Source: a virus
DNA length: 64,000 nt
Direction: 5' to 3' (one strand)
Virus record (IMG/VR): IMGVR_UViG_3300020464_000002
Location: 1 to 64,000 of that record
In this document: in pieces, positions 1 to 11,200 of the stretch
Layout: each line of letters starts with the position of its first letter
Numbering within the stretch: position 1 is the first letter of the stretch
Translations under genes and position numbers: made by a program
Notes under the pieces: model-generated
What the model was told of the DNA's origin: nothing
Seen by the model: only the letters and a program-made list of their open reading frames with translations
Database searches by the model: none

Positions 1-1
1 T

Positions 2-346
2 GACGGCGCTAAGTACGACATATTCCGTATCGATGTTAACGGTAAGATGATCCCGCTATCAGGCGATTTTGATAACAGCTATGACGACTCGTTTAACGCC
101 TCAGTCGATGCACTGGCCACCATGATCAAGACAGGGCAGAAAAAATTTGATGCTAAGCGTGCCAAGATGAAAGTACGCAAGACACCCGCCAGCGGGGGCG
201 GTAGTAAGCGACCAATGAATAAAGCACAGCAGCGTAACGCCTTGCTCGATGAGATCAAGGAGCTTGATGTGATCATTCAAAACAAAGAAACCGAAAAGGC
301 CGAGCTGACAGATCAGTTGGCCAAAATCACAGAATCCAATAAATAA
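2..346 (+). CDS. hypothetical virion-module protein (N-terminus lies upstream of the window)
   Basis: Frame is open from base 2 to TAA 344-346. Track ORF 47-346 is its internal-Met tail. K/E-rich coiled-coil-like C-terminus. Stop overlaps the next start (TAATG). Confidence 0.45.
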   Translation, partial: DGAKYDIFRIDVNGKMIPLSGDFDNSYDDSFNASVDALATMIKTGQKKFDAKRAKMKVRKTPASGGGSKRPMNKAQQRNALLDEIKELDVIIQNKETEKAELTDQLAKITESNK

Positions 347-777
347 TGGGTGAGATCATGCAAAACAGCTACATAGTAGACGCTTTTTTGACTGGCGCAG
401 CGTGGATGATCCTTGCTTTCTTATTTTTTGATTGTAAGGCACGCATTAAGGCGCTAGGTAATATGATGAGCAGCACCACACTTGGCGTGGCGCTATCTAA
501 GTCCGCTAAAGTCGCGACCAGCGTTACCGTGCCGTTTGCCGCGTTCTACTTGTTTTTGTTGTGGCGTTTTTATGCCTTGATGGTAGAAACGCAGACGTGG
601 GGTGCTGGCGGGGTAGGCTTACTGTTGATACTAGGGGTTATGGGCGTGGGGCTGCTATGGCTGCTAATGATGCTTGTTTTTGTGGCACATAGTCCGTTTG
701 TTCAGCTGGCAGCGATTGATGACACAGCACGTAAGCGACCCATCAAAACAAACCAAGATGAGCAGGGCTGGCCATGA
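346..777 (+). CDS. multi-pass membrane protein, unknown function
   Basis: 143-aa ORF with three to four long hydrophobic stretches (AWMILAFLFF, VPFAAFYLFLLW, GLLLILGVMGVGLLWLLMMLVFVA). Tightly packed in the + strand operon. Confidence 0.5.
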   Translation: MGEIMQNSYIVDAFLTGAAWMILAFLFFDCKARIKALGNMMSSTTLGVALSKSAKVATSVTVPFAAFYLFLLWRFYALMVETQTWGAGGVGLLLILGVMGVGLLWLLMMLVFVAHSPFVQLAAIDDTARKRPIKTNQDEQGWP

Positions 778-1103
778 TTGATGCTAAGAATATAAAAGAC
801 ATGATCGATCATTGGTTGGCCACGCCGCCAAACGGCTATTTTGGCCAAAGCTACGGCGCGGACGTGCGCAACATGCTATTGCGTGAGCTTAGCACCGATA
901 ATGCCGATAATTTTTTAGCACATTTGCGCCGTGATATTCCGCTACTAAACCAGCTTAATGATAGCCAGCTTAGTATTGATACGGCCACCGTTGGCTACGA
1001 CCAGCTGTATGTCTATCTAAGAGTTGGCGGTATTGATATCGAGCTTGGCGAGTCAACCACAGAAACGTTAGATCAGGATTACTACAATGTCAGAGCGCAA
1101 TAA
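774..1103 (+). CDS. hypothetical baseplate-module protein
   Basis: 109-aa ORF. ATGA start/stop overlap with the upstream gene. Lies directly before the J-like gene. Confidence 0.45.
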   Translation: MIDAKNIKDMIDHWLATPPNGYFGQSYGADVRNMLLRELSTDNADNFLAHLRRDIPLLNQLNDSQLSIDTATVGYDQLYVYLRVGGIDIELGESTTETLDQDYYNVRAQ

Positions 1104-2550
1104 AATATTAGAAAGCATCAACAGTAATATCAACGACTACCCCGAAGTTGCCGAGCGCTGGCGTGCGGGTGATCCGACCGTCCGCGCTATGCTAACCTCA
1201 ATCGTTGAAGCGGCATTATTTTTAAAGCGTGACAATGATGTGAACGCGATTGAGCCGTTTATTAAGTCAAAAAACCGTACCATCATTGCCGATGCAATCA
1301 ATAAAGGCATACTGCCAACGGCCACACCTTGCCAGCACCTTTTAACCGTTGAAAACAACGCGCAAACCACCTTGACGCTATCGCAAGGCCGACTTATCGA
1401 AGACGGTACAGGGCGACAATGGCGCTTGCTGGCCTCGTTAACACTGAGCGCAGGTGAGGTAAAAACAGTATTGGTTGAGCAGAGCGTGATTAATCGCGTG
1501 AGTATGACTGTGCCAGTCAATGAGCCGTTTTATACCGTGTCGCTATCGACCACTGACGGCGCTTATTTTTCAGGCATTGGCATTACCAACACGACCACTG
1601 GTGAGATCTACCAGCATACGCCTAAATTCATGAACGCCGCCGTAGACGCGCCAGCCTACACCTTACAAAGTGACGATTTGGTCAATATTAATGTCGTTTT
1701 TGGGGCAAGCGATCGCGCCGGCAAGACCGTACAATCGGGTGAAGTGTACGAATTTGCAATCACTCAAAGCTATGGTGAGGTCGATGCGGCAAGCCTAGGC
1801 CAAGCCGCGCTTAGCGAGATCAATACTAGCGATGAAAGCAAGTTAAACCTTTATTTTAAAGCTGGCGATATGATCCGCGCTGGCACTAATCCACTAACGA
1901 TCAATCAACTTAGATTGCTGGCCAGCTTCCCCTCAATGTACGATCGTAACGCGGTATTTATGGGTAATTTTACCTTTTTGGTTATGCAGCACTTTATGAG
2001 CCGTTTTAATTACATGGCAATATGGAATGAAGCCACCAATGAAAAATACTACGGCGCATCATTGGATAGCATCAATCACTTAAACCTTGCAGTCGTGGCC
2101 AAAAGTAATAACGCCAGCGAGAAAGCCCAGCTGATCACCGATATTCAGCAATTAGTAGCACGCGCTGATAGCTTGTTAGAGGGGCGCGTTAGGGTTAGGG
2201 TGGTGGTTGAACGACCATACCGTATTACGATCACAGGGCGCTTGGCAGCGGTGCACGATATAGACTCAGTACGCACACAGATCAAAGAATTGTTGCTGGC
2301 CAGCTATGGCAAGGGATCACTTGCCGCAATCCATCATAACGCCGATGGGTTCAATCAATTAGAGATTGCAACGCGCTTGCGTACCGACATATCAGCCTTT
2401 CAAGATCGTATTAGTGATTTTACCGTGAGCAGTGAGGATGTAGCCGCTAATCCAGTAAAGCCGCATGAGTGGGCTTTTTTGAATAACGACAGCATAACCA
2501 TCAACTTAACCCGAACGGCAGACAGTGGTAACGCGACATGGACAATGTAA
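1087..2550 (+). CDS. baseplate J-like wedge protein (tentative)
   Basis: 487-aa ORF overlapping its neighbours. Size, position next to V/I-like genes and general sequence pattern resemble the gpJ/gp47 family. No search was run. Confidence 0.45.
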   Translation: MSERNKILESINSNINDYPEVAERWRAGDPTVRAMLTSIVEAALFLKRDNDVNAIEPFIKSKNRTIIADAINKGILPTATPCQHLLTVENNAQTTLTLSQGRLIEDGTGRQWRLLASLTLSAGEVKTVLVEQSVINRVSMTVPVNEPFYTVSLSTTDGAYFSGIGITNTTTGEIYQHTPKFMNAAVDAPAYTLQSDDLVNINVVFGASDRAGKTVQSGEVYEFAITQSYGEVDAASLGQAALSEINTSDESKLNLYFKAGDMIRAGTNPLTINQLRLLASFPSMYDRNAVFMGNFTFLVMQHFMSRFNYMAIWNEATNEKYYGASLDSINHLNLAVVAKSNNASEKAQLITDIQQLVARADSLLEGRVRVRVVVERPYRITITGRLAAVHDIDSVRTQIKELLLASYGKGSLAAIHHNADGFNQLEIATRLRTDISAFQDRISDFTVSSEDVAANPVKPHEWAFLNNDSITINLTRTADSGNATWTM

Positions 2551-3167
2551 ACTTAACAGCCAGTGATTTTTTATCACCAATTTTGCACAGTAGCGCCGCC
2601 AATGAATTAGAACGCGCCATGGCTGGCGTGTTTGTCGCTACCATTCAAGATCAAATGATCGACCAGTTAAACGATATTTACAACTACGGCGCGCCTTGGC
2701 AGGGCGGCCGTACCGTTGTTGAGCGCTTTACTAAGCTAAACGGCCTTGCGGTATTGCGGCGAGATGATGACGGCCTGAGCGATAAGCTGATGAGCATTAT
2801 TTATGCAAATTGGGAGGCTATGGCCAGTGAGCGCGGCCTAGGGTTTTTGCAGTTTGTTTTAGACATGCTTTACCCGAACCAAAACGAGATCAAGCAGCTG
2901 TGGCACTCGAAAGCGCTGGCAAGTAGCTATCCAAATCATGTCAGAGAAAAAGGCGGCGCTGGATTGTTTTTAACCAGTCGCGTGCGTATCAAGATCGATG
3001 CGTCCGTAAACATTGCCGAGCTATCAGAGCTTGCGCCAACCATGACCCGCCTTGTGCCTTGGCATATTGTGCCTGAGATCGCCGTTAGCCTGAGCACGGA
3101 TGACACAGGGCTAACCATGGCCGCCGCTGGCACGTTGTATCAAGTGGCCAATTTTTCACCGTACTAA
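2538..3167 (+). CDS. tail/baseplate protein, possibly gpI-like
   Basis: 209-aa ORF translationally coupled to the J-like gene, the position usually held by P2 gpI-type proteins. Confidence 0.3.
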   Translation: MDNVNLTASDFLSPILHSSAANELERAMAGVFVATIQDQMIDQLNDIYNYGAPWQGGRTVVERFTKLNGLAVLRRDDDGLSDKLMSIIYANWEAMASERGLGFLQFVLDMLYPNQNEIKQLWHSKALASSYPNHVREKGGAGLFLTSRVRIKIDASVNIAELSELAPTMTRLVPWHIVPEIAVSLSTDDTGLTMAAAGTLYQVANFSPY

Positions 3168-3189
3168 CCCTTATATCATAGATTGCCAA

Positions 3190-3264
3190 TGGAACACCCC
3201 TAAAAGCCCCGCCTAATAACTTGTCAAAATAGCCTTATCACTCATTCATTGATAAGGCTTTTTT
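3190..3264 (+). promoter_or_regulatory. late-promoter unit A (box, -10, hairpin)
   Basis: Box TGGAACACCCCTAAAAG 3190-3206. TGn plus CAAAAT 3225-3230. IR GCCTTATC/GATAAGGC 3232-3239/3251-3258, then T6. ATG 3265. Confidence 0.6.
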
Positions 3265-3885
3265 ATGAAAACAAACACCCCAAGCCTAGCGGCTTACCGC
3301 AAGCAATACCAAACGATGAAGTCGTTAGGTGCTGCTATGTTGGCGTGTAACGCTGTATTGGTTATTGATGGTTACGAAAACCTATACATGCTGATACAAA
3401 ACTTCCAGCGCCCAATTTGCAGCCACCATGACCCCGCTGATGTGGACTTAGCACGCGGCTTACAGGCGCACGCCGCTGGTACGCGTAAAACCAACTTTGA
3501 GAGCCAATGGACGTTTATTGAAACCGAAAGCGGCGTTATTTCACAGTTTGCAGACGACCTAGTAAACATTCATGACGGCATTATCCCGCTGGCACGCGTT
3601 TATGACGGTTTTGTTGATGACGGCGATAACATCAAAGGCTTGCGTGAATATGAGCTGATCGATTCCGCGATCACGTTTGCTGATGGCGGCGGTGAGATCG
3701 ATTCAGCCAGCCGCAGTCAGATCTTACAAGTACAAGCAAGTTGCCGTTACAACTTCTTTGGTAATGACAGCAAGCTAGGCTCATCAAGCACAGACGTTTT
3801 CGCTAACACCTTAAACAGCGCACTAGGCGCATTTGGCGGCCTAACCGCTACATCCAGTTCAGACAACGTTACCATTTTTGGTTAA
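3265..3885 (+). CDS. late structural protein, function unknown
   Basis: 206-aa ORF directly behind late-promoter unit A, in the baseplate/tail block. Confidence 0.5.
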   Translation: MKTNTPSLAAYRKQYQTMKSLGAAMLACNAVLVIDGYENLYMLIQNFQRPICSHHDPADVDLARGLQAHAAGTRKTNFESQWTFIETESGVISQFADDLVNIHDGIIPLARVYDGFVDDGDNIKGLREYELIDSAITFADGGGEIDSASRSQILQVQASCRYNFFGNDSKLGSSSTDVFANTLNSALGAFGGLTATSSSDNVTIFG

Positions 3886-3894
3886 GGCGGCCTT

Positions 3895-4389
3895 GTGAGC
3901 GTTAATGATACAGACGTGAATCACGTCATTGGCACGATCGAGGATGCAGCCAATGATTTGTATGAGGAGCTTTTAACGACTGGTTATTCTTTATTGCTCA
4001 GCGATGTGGTTAAGGTTTTTATTATCAATACCAAAAAATACGCGGGGTGGTCAGGCGAGTTGCAGCATTGCCCCAAGAGCGATGAATCATGCGTAAAACC
4101 GTTGTTGGAGATCGATCAAAACACGGTTTTGGGGGTGGATGACTGGGTGATTGTTGAGCCAGTTATCCGCGCTCATTGCGATCTCGTTCAGGCGCGGCGT
4201 ATGGAGGGGGCGCAGAATTTAGGCGTTCAACCCGCTGGCATGTCGTCAAGCGAGGCACGCCAGCTATACGATGATGCGGTAAGGACAATGCAAAAAGAGG
4301 CGTTTCAATTCCAGCCGTTTAGTATTGAGATACCTAAAGACGACCCGCGCTACCCTGAGACTAGCCCTTGGCTGGTATGGCAATCATAA
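3895..4389 (+). CDS. hypothetical protein
   Basis: 164-aa ORF with GTG start preceded by AAGGCGG. Followed by GGCCGCC/GGCGGCC hairpin about 4395-4418. Confidence 0.45.
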   Translation: MSVNDTDVNHVIGTIEDAANDLYEELLTTGYSLLLSDVVKVFIINTKKYAGWSGELQHCPKSDESCVKPLLEIDQNTVLGVDDWVIVEPVIRAHCDLVQARRMEGAQNLGVQPAGMSSSEARQLYDDAVRTMQKEAFQFQPFSIEIPKDDPRYPETSPWLVWQS

Positions 4390-4450
4390 GACATGGCCGC
4401 CGATCTACTGGCGGCCACACCCAAATAACCATTACTTTTGAGACAAACGC

Positions 4451-5344
4451 GTGAATATTCAGCTTGAAGATGGTAGTCAAATTGGCGGCGGTAATCTAAT
4501 CAGCGCAATCTATCGAACCGACCTTGTTCCAGTGCCAGTGACATTAGAGCTGGTGGTAAAGGCTGATGATAGATTGCGTGATTTATTTACCATTGGTCGC
4601 AAGATGACCACACCAAAAGGCGTGCCGCTGGTAATTGTTAAGTCGCAAGTGATCAATGAGCAGTCAATCAAGGCTGGCCGCCGTGTTGCGGCTATTCATG
4701 TGATCGCTATTATCGGTGGCTGTGAGGCACTGCTAGGCGTGACCAATAAGGCGGTGCATTTAGAGAACACCAATTTTAATGAAGTTTACCGCGCACTTGG
4801 CGCAAAGGTGAGAATCCAGCGTGACGTTAAACTTGCCAGCTTTACTTGCTTAAAAGGGCAGTTACCAACCGCATCGATTGCATTGGCATTGCAGCGTGAG
4901 GCCGCCGTGGTATGCAACACCGAAAGCGGCTTATCTATCATACGCCTAAATGAGCTGATGGGCGGTGATGCGATCATGTTTGATAAAACCGCCGTCCAGT
5001 GGATCGACAATCCAAACGCCGTCAGGCATAGCAATGTCAACTACTTATCGATCGATGACAATGGATCGGACATTTTAGGCACGGCAAGGGCTGAGCGCTC
5101 AATACAGTATTATCCCCGCGCTGATACCCGCGAATTACAGAACCTACGCCGCATTTTAATCACTAAAGCCACGATCACCCGCCAGCTGGATGAGCGCTTG
5201 GACGCTGGCGCGATCATATCGGTTGATGATCAATCATTAGTCACGCTCACTGGTGTTCACAAGTACGAAACAGGCGCTATGGGTGGTCGCTCAGTGGCCG
5301 CAACTAAGGCATGGCTGGCACAGGTCGAGGACGCTAAACAATGA
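4451..5344 (+). CDS. baseplate hub-like protein (gpD / Mu P-like?), tentative
   Basis: 297-aa ORF immediately upstream of and overlapping the V-like spike gene (ATGA overlap). Call is based on position only. Confidence 0.3.
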   Translation: MNIQLEDGSQIGGGNLISAIYRTDLVPVPVTLELVVKADDRLRDLFTIGRKMTTPKGVPLVIVKSQVINEQSIKAGRRVAAIHVIAIIGGCEALLGVTNKAVHLENTNFNEVYRALGAKVRIQRDVKLASFTCLKGQLPTASIALALQREAAVVCNTESGLSIIRLNELMGGDAIMFDKTAVQWIDNPNAVRHSNVNYLSIDDNGSDILGTARAERSIQYYPRADTRELQNLRRILITKATITRQLDERLDAGAIISVDDQSLVTLTGVHKYETGAMGGRSVAATKAWLAQVEDAKQ

Positions 5345-5997
5345 GCTTTATATCCCCTTATATGCACCCCGCCAAGCTGATGAGCTATGACAAAGTTAAT
5401 CGTACCGCAAAAGTCGCTATTGCTGGCTTAACGGACGGCATAGCAGAGGGTATCACCGCTATGCTGGCGTACCCCATAGGTGATGACGACTTAGACACGG
5501 AGCGCGAATTATTGGCCGGCGCTGACGTATGGGTATTTTTTGAGCAAGGCGATGTATCAATGCCAGTGGTGGCTTTTTACCGCCGTCATGGTCAAGGCCG
5601 CGCAACCGTGGACGTGCGCCGCATACGCCAAGAGAATATCGAGATATTGGCGCGTACCAGCATAACGCTAAGCGCTAAAGACTTTATCGATTTAAAAGCC
5701 AGCAAAATAAACCTTGATGCCGACACTGTGACCATCAACGCCACCGAGCTAAATATCAATGCTGAGACAAACGCAAAAGGCGATATCAACCAAATTGGTG
5801 ATTACTTTATGACAGGCGATCAGCTGATCAATGGCGGCCAAACGATCAACGGCAACAGCGTGTCATACGGCAATCAGACCATTAACGGTAGCGTGCACTC
5901 AACGGTTGATATAACCGCTGGCAATATTTCAGTGAGATACCACTATCACAGCGGCGTAAAAGAAGGCGGTAGTGATACCAGCCAATCCCAAAATTAA
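5341..5997 (+). CDS. baseplate assembly protein V-like spike
   Basis: N-terminal OB-like region ending VWVFFEQGDVSMPVVAFY. C-terminal repetitive beta-helix-like INGGQTINGNSVSYGNQTINGS and an HYHSG motif, typical of gpV/VgrG-type spikes. Confidence 0.55.
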   Translation: MSFISPYMHPAKLMSYDKVNRTAKVAIAGLTDGIAEGITAMLAYPIGDDDLDTERELLAGADVWVFFEQGDVSMPVVAFYRRHGQGRATVDVRRIRQENIEILARTSITLSAKDFIDLKASKINLDADTVTINATELNINAETNAKGDINQIGDYFMTGDQLINGGQTINGNSVSYGNQTINGSVHSTVDITAGNISVRYHYHSGVKEGGSDTSQSQN

Positions 5998-6009
5998 TCA
6001 GGCGGCAAT

Positions 6010-7617
6010 ATGAAACTTTTTGACAGAATGGCAGGTATGCTCATAAGCAACCGCGAAATGAAACAGACGCGCACACCGTCCAGTATTCATGACGCAAACC
6101 ATCAGTATGATGCTATGAACCAGTTTGAGCTTGGCACGTACTACAACAAAGAAAAAATACCGCGCACCCGCCAGCAGATCTACACCATGTGGGAGTTGAT
6201 GCAAAAAGACCCACAGGTTGCAGAAGCGTTGAGCTTGCACGCGACCGCCGCACTAGGTGGCCATGAAACGACAGGGGATATGATCTTTATGACCCCGCAT
6301 GACCGCATTAGAGGCAAAGGCCGCCGCGCAAAAGAGCTACGCGATAAGGTAGAGCGCGAATCACGTCACATGACGACCATTATCAACCGTCACATATTCC
6401 CGCTGGCACGTCAGGCGATCGGTTTTGGCGATAGCTATGCGCGTATCTATACCGACAAACGTGCTGGCGTGGTTGGCTTGATGAATAATAGACACACCGC
6501 GCCGCCGTTGATCATGCCGTTTGAGCAAGCAGGTGATACGATCGGTTTTCATGCGTTAGAAGAAGAAGACTTTGAGCGCTCAATAGCCAAGTTAACACCT
6601 ATGCAAATGTTGCGGGTAAAAATGCCGCGTATCACCAATGTGCCGCAAATGTCGCTACAAGTTTGGCAGGACGAAAAAACGCTTATTTACGACAATCGCT
6701 ATGACAATCCGATTTTACCGAGTGAAGTTGGCGGTTCGTTCCTATACCCGATTGAGGAACCGTGGCAAGACGTGACCATTAGCCGCGCTGGACTCAATAA
6801 CCAGCAGATTGCAGACAGCGTAAAGCAAGCCTTTTTAACGATCAACATGGAGGGGATGCCGCCAGCGCAATCTAAGAAGTATAAAGAGGGACTTACCAAA
6901 ATGCTTGGTAACTATCGCGAACAGATAGAAGAAGCATTTAAAGGCGGCGAGGCGTTGTACGGCACAAGCTACCACGTCATGCCGCAGTGGGGCGATAAGC
7001 AGATCTTACAATCAGTGGGGGATCTAACACAGCGCCAAGCACCACTTAACGAGGGTACGTTAATGGTCAACCTAAGACGCTTAGCGGGTGGCCTTGGTAT
7101 TGATCTCGCACTAATGGGGTGGGCTGATATGCTGGCGGGTGGACTAGGCGATGGGGCGGCGTTCCATACATCAGCACAGATCATGAATAGATCTATGCTT
7201 ATTCGTCAAGCAATCATTGATGCGCTTAATCACTTGATGAGCATTCACTGGGGGATAAAGTACGGTGAGCACTTTGACTCTAAAGAGTACCCTTGGCAGT
7301 TTGATTTTTACAGCGACCAAAACGCGGCGGCCTCACAAGCACTAAACAACAAGCAGAACCGCGCCAATACAACAACCATTCAGGTGCAAGCCATACAGAT
7401 GATCAAGGAGCTGGGCTTAGACAAGGAGACAGCGCAATTAGTCCTAGAAGATGAAATGGGCTATGACATGGCCATGGCTGAGAAAATTGCTATCTCTATT
7501 ACCACGCCACCGCCGGCTGAGGGTGATCAAATGATGATGATGCCTGATGGACAACCAATGAACCCGCCACAAGATGATGAGCTGCCTGACGAATTGGATT
7601 TTGACTATGAGGAATAA
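6010..7617 (+). CDS. putative portal protein
   Basis: 535-aa ORF with a strongly acidic C-terminal tail (DDELPDELDFDYEE). Size and general pattern are portal-like. No other portal candidate is visible in the window. Confidence 0.35.
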   Translation: MKLFDRMAGMLISNREMKQTRTPSSIHDANHQYDAMNQFELGTYYNKEKIPRTRQQIYTMWELMQKDPQVAEALSLHATAALGGHETTGDMIFMTPHDRIRGKGRRAKELRDKVERESRHMTTIINRHIFPLARQAIGFGDSYARIYTDKRAGVVGLMNNRHTAPPLIMPFEQAGDTIGFHALEEEDFERSIAKLTPMQMLRVKMPRITNVPQMSLQVWQDEKTLIYDNRYDNPILPSEVGGSFLYPIEEPWQDVTISRAGLNNQQIADSVKQAFLTINMEGMPPAQSKKYKEGLTKMLGNYREQIEEAFKGGEALYGTSYHVMPQWGDKQILQSVGDLTQRQAPLNEGTLMVNLRRLAGGLGIDLALMGWADMLAGGLGDGAAFHTSAQIMNRSMLIRQAIIDALNHLMSIHWGIKYGEHFDSKEYPWQFDFYSDQNAAASQALNNKQNRANTTTIQVQAIQMIKELGLDKETAQLVLEDEMGYDMAMAEKIAISITTPPPAEGDQMMMMPDGQPMNPPQDDELPDELDFDYEE

Positions 7618-8206
7618 TTTTTTTAATAGTATTGCCGCCGCTGCGACCAACACAGCCAAAAGCTACTTGCCTATGCAGGATCTTAGAAAAATGTATGGCG
7701 AAGTCAGAGCACATGAGATCTTGTTACAGTGCATGTATGTTGTGACGATCGAGGATATTTACGGTATTGGCGCTGGCATACCGTGGTTTACCGACCAGTC
7801 GTTGAGCTATCTTGTGACCGAAACTGATTTATCGCTAGGTAGCGCTGATGCTGAGTCGTTTCATGTTGGCGCATTACCCGCCAGCTATTTAACGCAAAAA
7901 ACCGCTGATGAAATGGACATGACATTCATCGAAACCAGCACAGGCGCAATCTTTAAATCATTTAGGGCTTGCTATGATTTGGCGTTCAACAAAGACGGCA
8001 CGGTAAACGTGCCTAAAGATTATTGTTTTAAGCTAAGCATTGGCTTGATCAACCATAAAAGACCGAACGACCCGCCAGCCGTCACGCGATCTTGGATCGT
8101 GTCGGTCAAAAGTGGCCGAGCCGAGACAAGCGCCGTTGGTAGAAGTGAGGTTGCTAAAGAAGCAATCACCTTTCAGAAGATGAGGCCATTGATCTTCGAG
8201 CGTTAG
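7607..8206 (+). CDS. hypothetical head-associated protein
   Basis: In-frame ATG 7607 overlaps the stop of the upstream gene. The track ORF starts earlier, at 7574. Confidence 0.5.
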   Translation: MRNNFFNSIAAAATNTAKSYLPMQDLRKMYGEVRAHEILLQCMYVVTIEDIYGIGAGIPWFTDQSLSYLVTETDLSLGSADAESFHVGALPASYLTQKTADEMDMTFIETSTGAIFKSFRACYDLAFNKDGTVNVPKDYCFKLSIGLINHKRPNDPPAVTRSWIVSVKSGRAETSAVGRSEVAKEAITFQKMRPLIFER

Positions 8207-8210
8207 GCCA

Positions 8211-8287
8211 CGGAACACCCCTAAACAGCACCCCTTAAAACTTGTCAGAATAACCGTATCTTATTAATTATTCATAGGTACGGCGAA
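8211..8287 (+). promoter_or_regulatory. late-promoter unit B
   Basis: Box CGGAACACCCCTAAAC 8211-8226. TGn plus CAGAAT 8246-8251. IR CCGTATCT/AGGTACGG 8254-8261/8276-8283 (one G-T pair). ATG 8288. Shares AACTTGTCA with units A and J. Confidence 0.6.
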
Positions 8288-11200
8288 ATGGCATACACCA
8301 AACAGAATAAAGCGCACAGCAATCACTATATCACCAAGCCTGACGGCTCAACCGCCAGTCGGTACAGCCGTTATGAGACTGGACGTATCACAGGCCGCTA
8401 TCGTGAAATACCAGCCGTTCTAGCGGACAGCACAGGCTTTGACAGCCTAGGCTTTGATAGCAGCGTTGGCAGCGTTGATGACCGCTGGCACGTTGTTAAC
8501 GTTTTTGACTCAGTAAATACTTATATTGATAGCATTGCCGTTGGCGGCGCGATGGACGGCAACCACGCCTTGCAAATCGCCAAGTCACAGCTAGACAGCT
8601 TGGGCGGCACTACTTGCCAGCTAATCACCAACAACGCCATGCAGTTTGACGGTATGGATCACGACCACGCATGGTCGATTGATGCCATTAATAAGCTGAT
8701 GGATAACCCCTCGCAAAACAAGAGCTACCTACCAGTAATCACCGCGCCTGAATTGGTCGTTGAGGCTGAGCGCGTCACGTTTGATAGCGTGCAGTGGGAT
8801 AGTAACAACAACCTAATCAGCCATGGCGGTAAAGACAGCCGCTTGTATCTTGATCTTACCCGCGCTGATACCCGAAACGAGCTTGTCACTGAGTTTGACT
8901 TGGCAGACGCGTTATTTGACATGGACGCACAGGAAGCGGGTTTTGATGCGTTGATGGACACAAAAAGTCGCTTACCTCTACTAAAAGATCGTTTATTTAA
9001 AGCGCTTAGCCAAGCAGGTGATGAAAGTCTATCTGTAACCAATGTAACGCAAACCAAAGAATTTAAGCGCCAAGGTGTGATTAATATCGCGTTTGTCTTT
9101 GATTTGTCAGACGGCCAAAAGCTGTCTATTTGGTTCCACAAGCCGCTAGAGTCCTCATCCAAACTACTACCAAGCGACTACATGGTGTCGTGGAAGTGGA
9201 TGTTGAATAAGCGCGATGTAACCGCCGCATTATCACCAAAACACGGCGATAACGTGCAGTTGCCAGCGCTGGCACGCCGTATCATGCGTGTGGCCGCTAA
9301 GAACTCTAAACGCTTTAAAGCCGCGCAAGCACGCAAGGCCAAGGTTGAGCAAGAGTTATTGGATGCAGAACAAGCAATCGAAGATAAAAAAGCCACGATC
9401 AGTCAATTAGACGCTGATATTGCTGATATTAACGCTAAAATTGATGCTGCTATGAAAGCGCCCGACTCAGACACAGTTAATGAGTCAGGCTTGCAAGCTG
9501 ACGAGCCAGCGGACGCGCCAGTAAGTACGACAGCGGCGACCGCCATCCCCGTAAGAGAAGCGCTTGAATACGTCAAAGCGAATATCTTTGAAGGCAAAGA
9601 TGATCAAGTCTTAATGTATGTCACCGATAGAAGTACCGGTGAGATCAAAGAAACTAAGCTAGTGAAGGCGTCGAGCAAATCAGCGCAAACGCGATGGTCA
9701 AACAATTTTGTCAATGATGATACGACTGGCTCAGTCTATAACCAGTCAATCCCTAAAACCAATAGCAACGCCGCCACCTTACTTGAAGACCTAGGGTACA
9801 AGATTAATTATGCCGATCCTGAAGGTTTCATTGATGATCAATTCAAAGTTGGTGACGCTTACCGCTTTATTGATCCTAACGACGCTAATGACACGGGCAG
9901 TGTCTTAGAGTTTAAGAGCTGGGAGGGTATCAACAGAGGTAACGACGAGCCGATACTATCATTTTCATCGTTTAGCGGCGCAAGTGGCAAGAGCTTTAAG
10001 CTTAGCGAGATGCAAAAACTTGTTGCTGACGGTGCGGCGGTACTGGTAACAGACTCAGAAGCGCAAGAAGCCAAGGATTTTGAAACCGAGCAGCCGGTAT
10101 CGGTGTATGTGAACAGTAAAGGCCGTGAATTGGTAACAGTGACGTACAGTCATGGTCAATACAATCTTAAAGGCAGTGGCTTTATGAATGGCGCTGACGA
10201 TGAAGCGGGCGTGTTAAAGATTTTGCGATCTATAAGAAAAGACAATAAATCCATGAAGTTGAAAGAGGGTAAAGAATTTTTCCCCGCGGGCGATGACGGT
10301 AAAGAATATCCGCCGCTTGAGTATGACGCCGAAAGCAAAACAGTTACCGCTTACATGAATAGTAAGAAAAAAGATAGCTGGACGGCCATACCTAAAGACG
10401 ATGGCGGCTTTACCGTGTACGCCGATAACGCCCAAACTCGCGCCTACAGAACCAGCGCACCGAAAATGTTTGATAACAGCGAAGATCTCATTGCCACTTA
10501 CCCCGCGTTTAGAGGTATCGACGCATTATTGGCCAAGCATAGCACTAGCAGCGATGACGTAGACTACGCGGAGATCGATGAAAGCGAGTACCCTGAATTA
10601 TTCCTAGATCGCAACAGCGATAAGCTAAATATTTTAGGTATCGGCGATGACAATATTCATGTAGGCAACCAAAACCACGGCGAGGACAGCTATAGCGATC
10701 TATACCATATCGACACCGGTATCTTTAAAGATATGACACTAAACTTTACGGATGCCGTGTGTAAGGTAGTCGATGCTTCCATCGATATAGGTGCTGATGC
10801 GGTTGTCGGTGACTATACAGCAACAGCTTATCAAGATTCAATGTTCGATGACCTTAACAGCAAATCCAACCCCACTTACGGTATCACCGTGCAGATCTCA
10901 AAAGATGGTGCTTACTTGCGCGCCGAAGTCGATGCTTATGGTGAAGCTAAGATCTTAAAAGGCATGAGTGGCCAAGACGTTGTTGCAACCGTAAAACACG
11001 TATTTACCGATAATACCGGCGAATACAAAACAGCGATTGAAAACGCATTAGACGCACAGGCGGATCAAGATATGGACGATAAAAAAGCAGATGACGATAT
11101 GAGTACAACAGACACGCATGATGTACCTAACACAGCTGAGACAGCGCCAGCAGCCAATATTAGCAACTCAGGCATTCCCGACATAACCAATGCAGATAAA

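Noticed and set aside
3190-3206. Reading the TGGAAC... box as a sigma-54 (-24/-12) promoter
   Set aside because: The GG is present. However, the position where the -12 GC (TTGCW) should lie is AA or another non-conserved base in all ten copies.
3190-3220. Reading GGAAC as an ECF-sigma -35 element
   Set aside because: No conserved -10 (CGTC or TCTGA type) lies 16-17 nt downstream in the ten copies. The only conserved downstream element is a sigma70-like hexamer 27 nt after the GGAACAC core.
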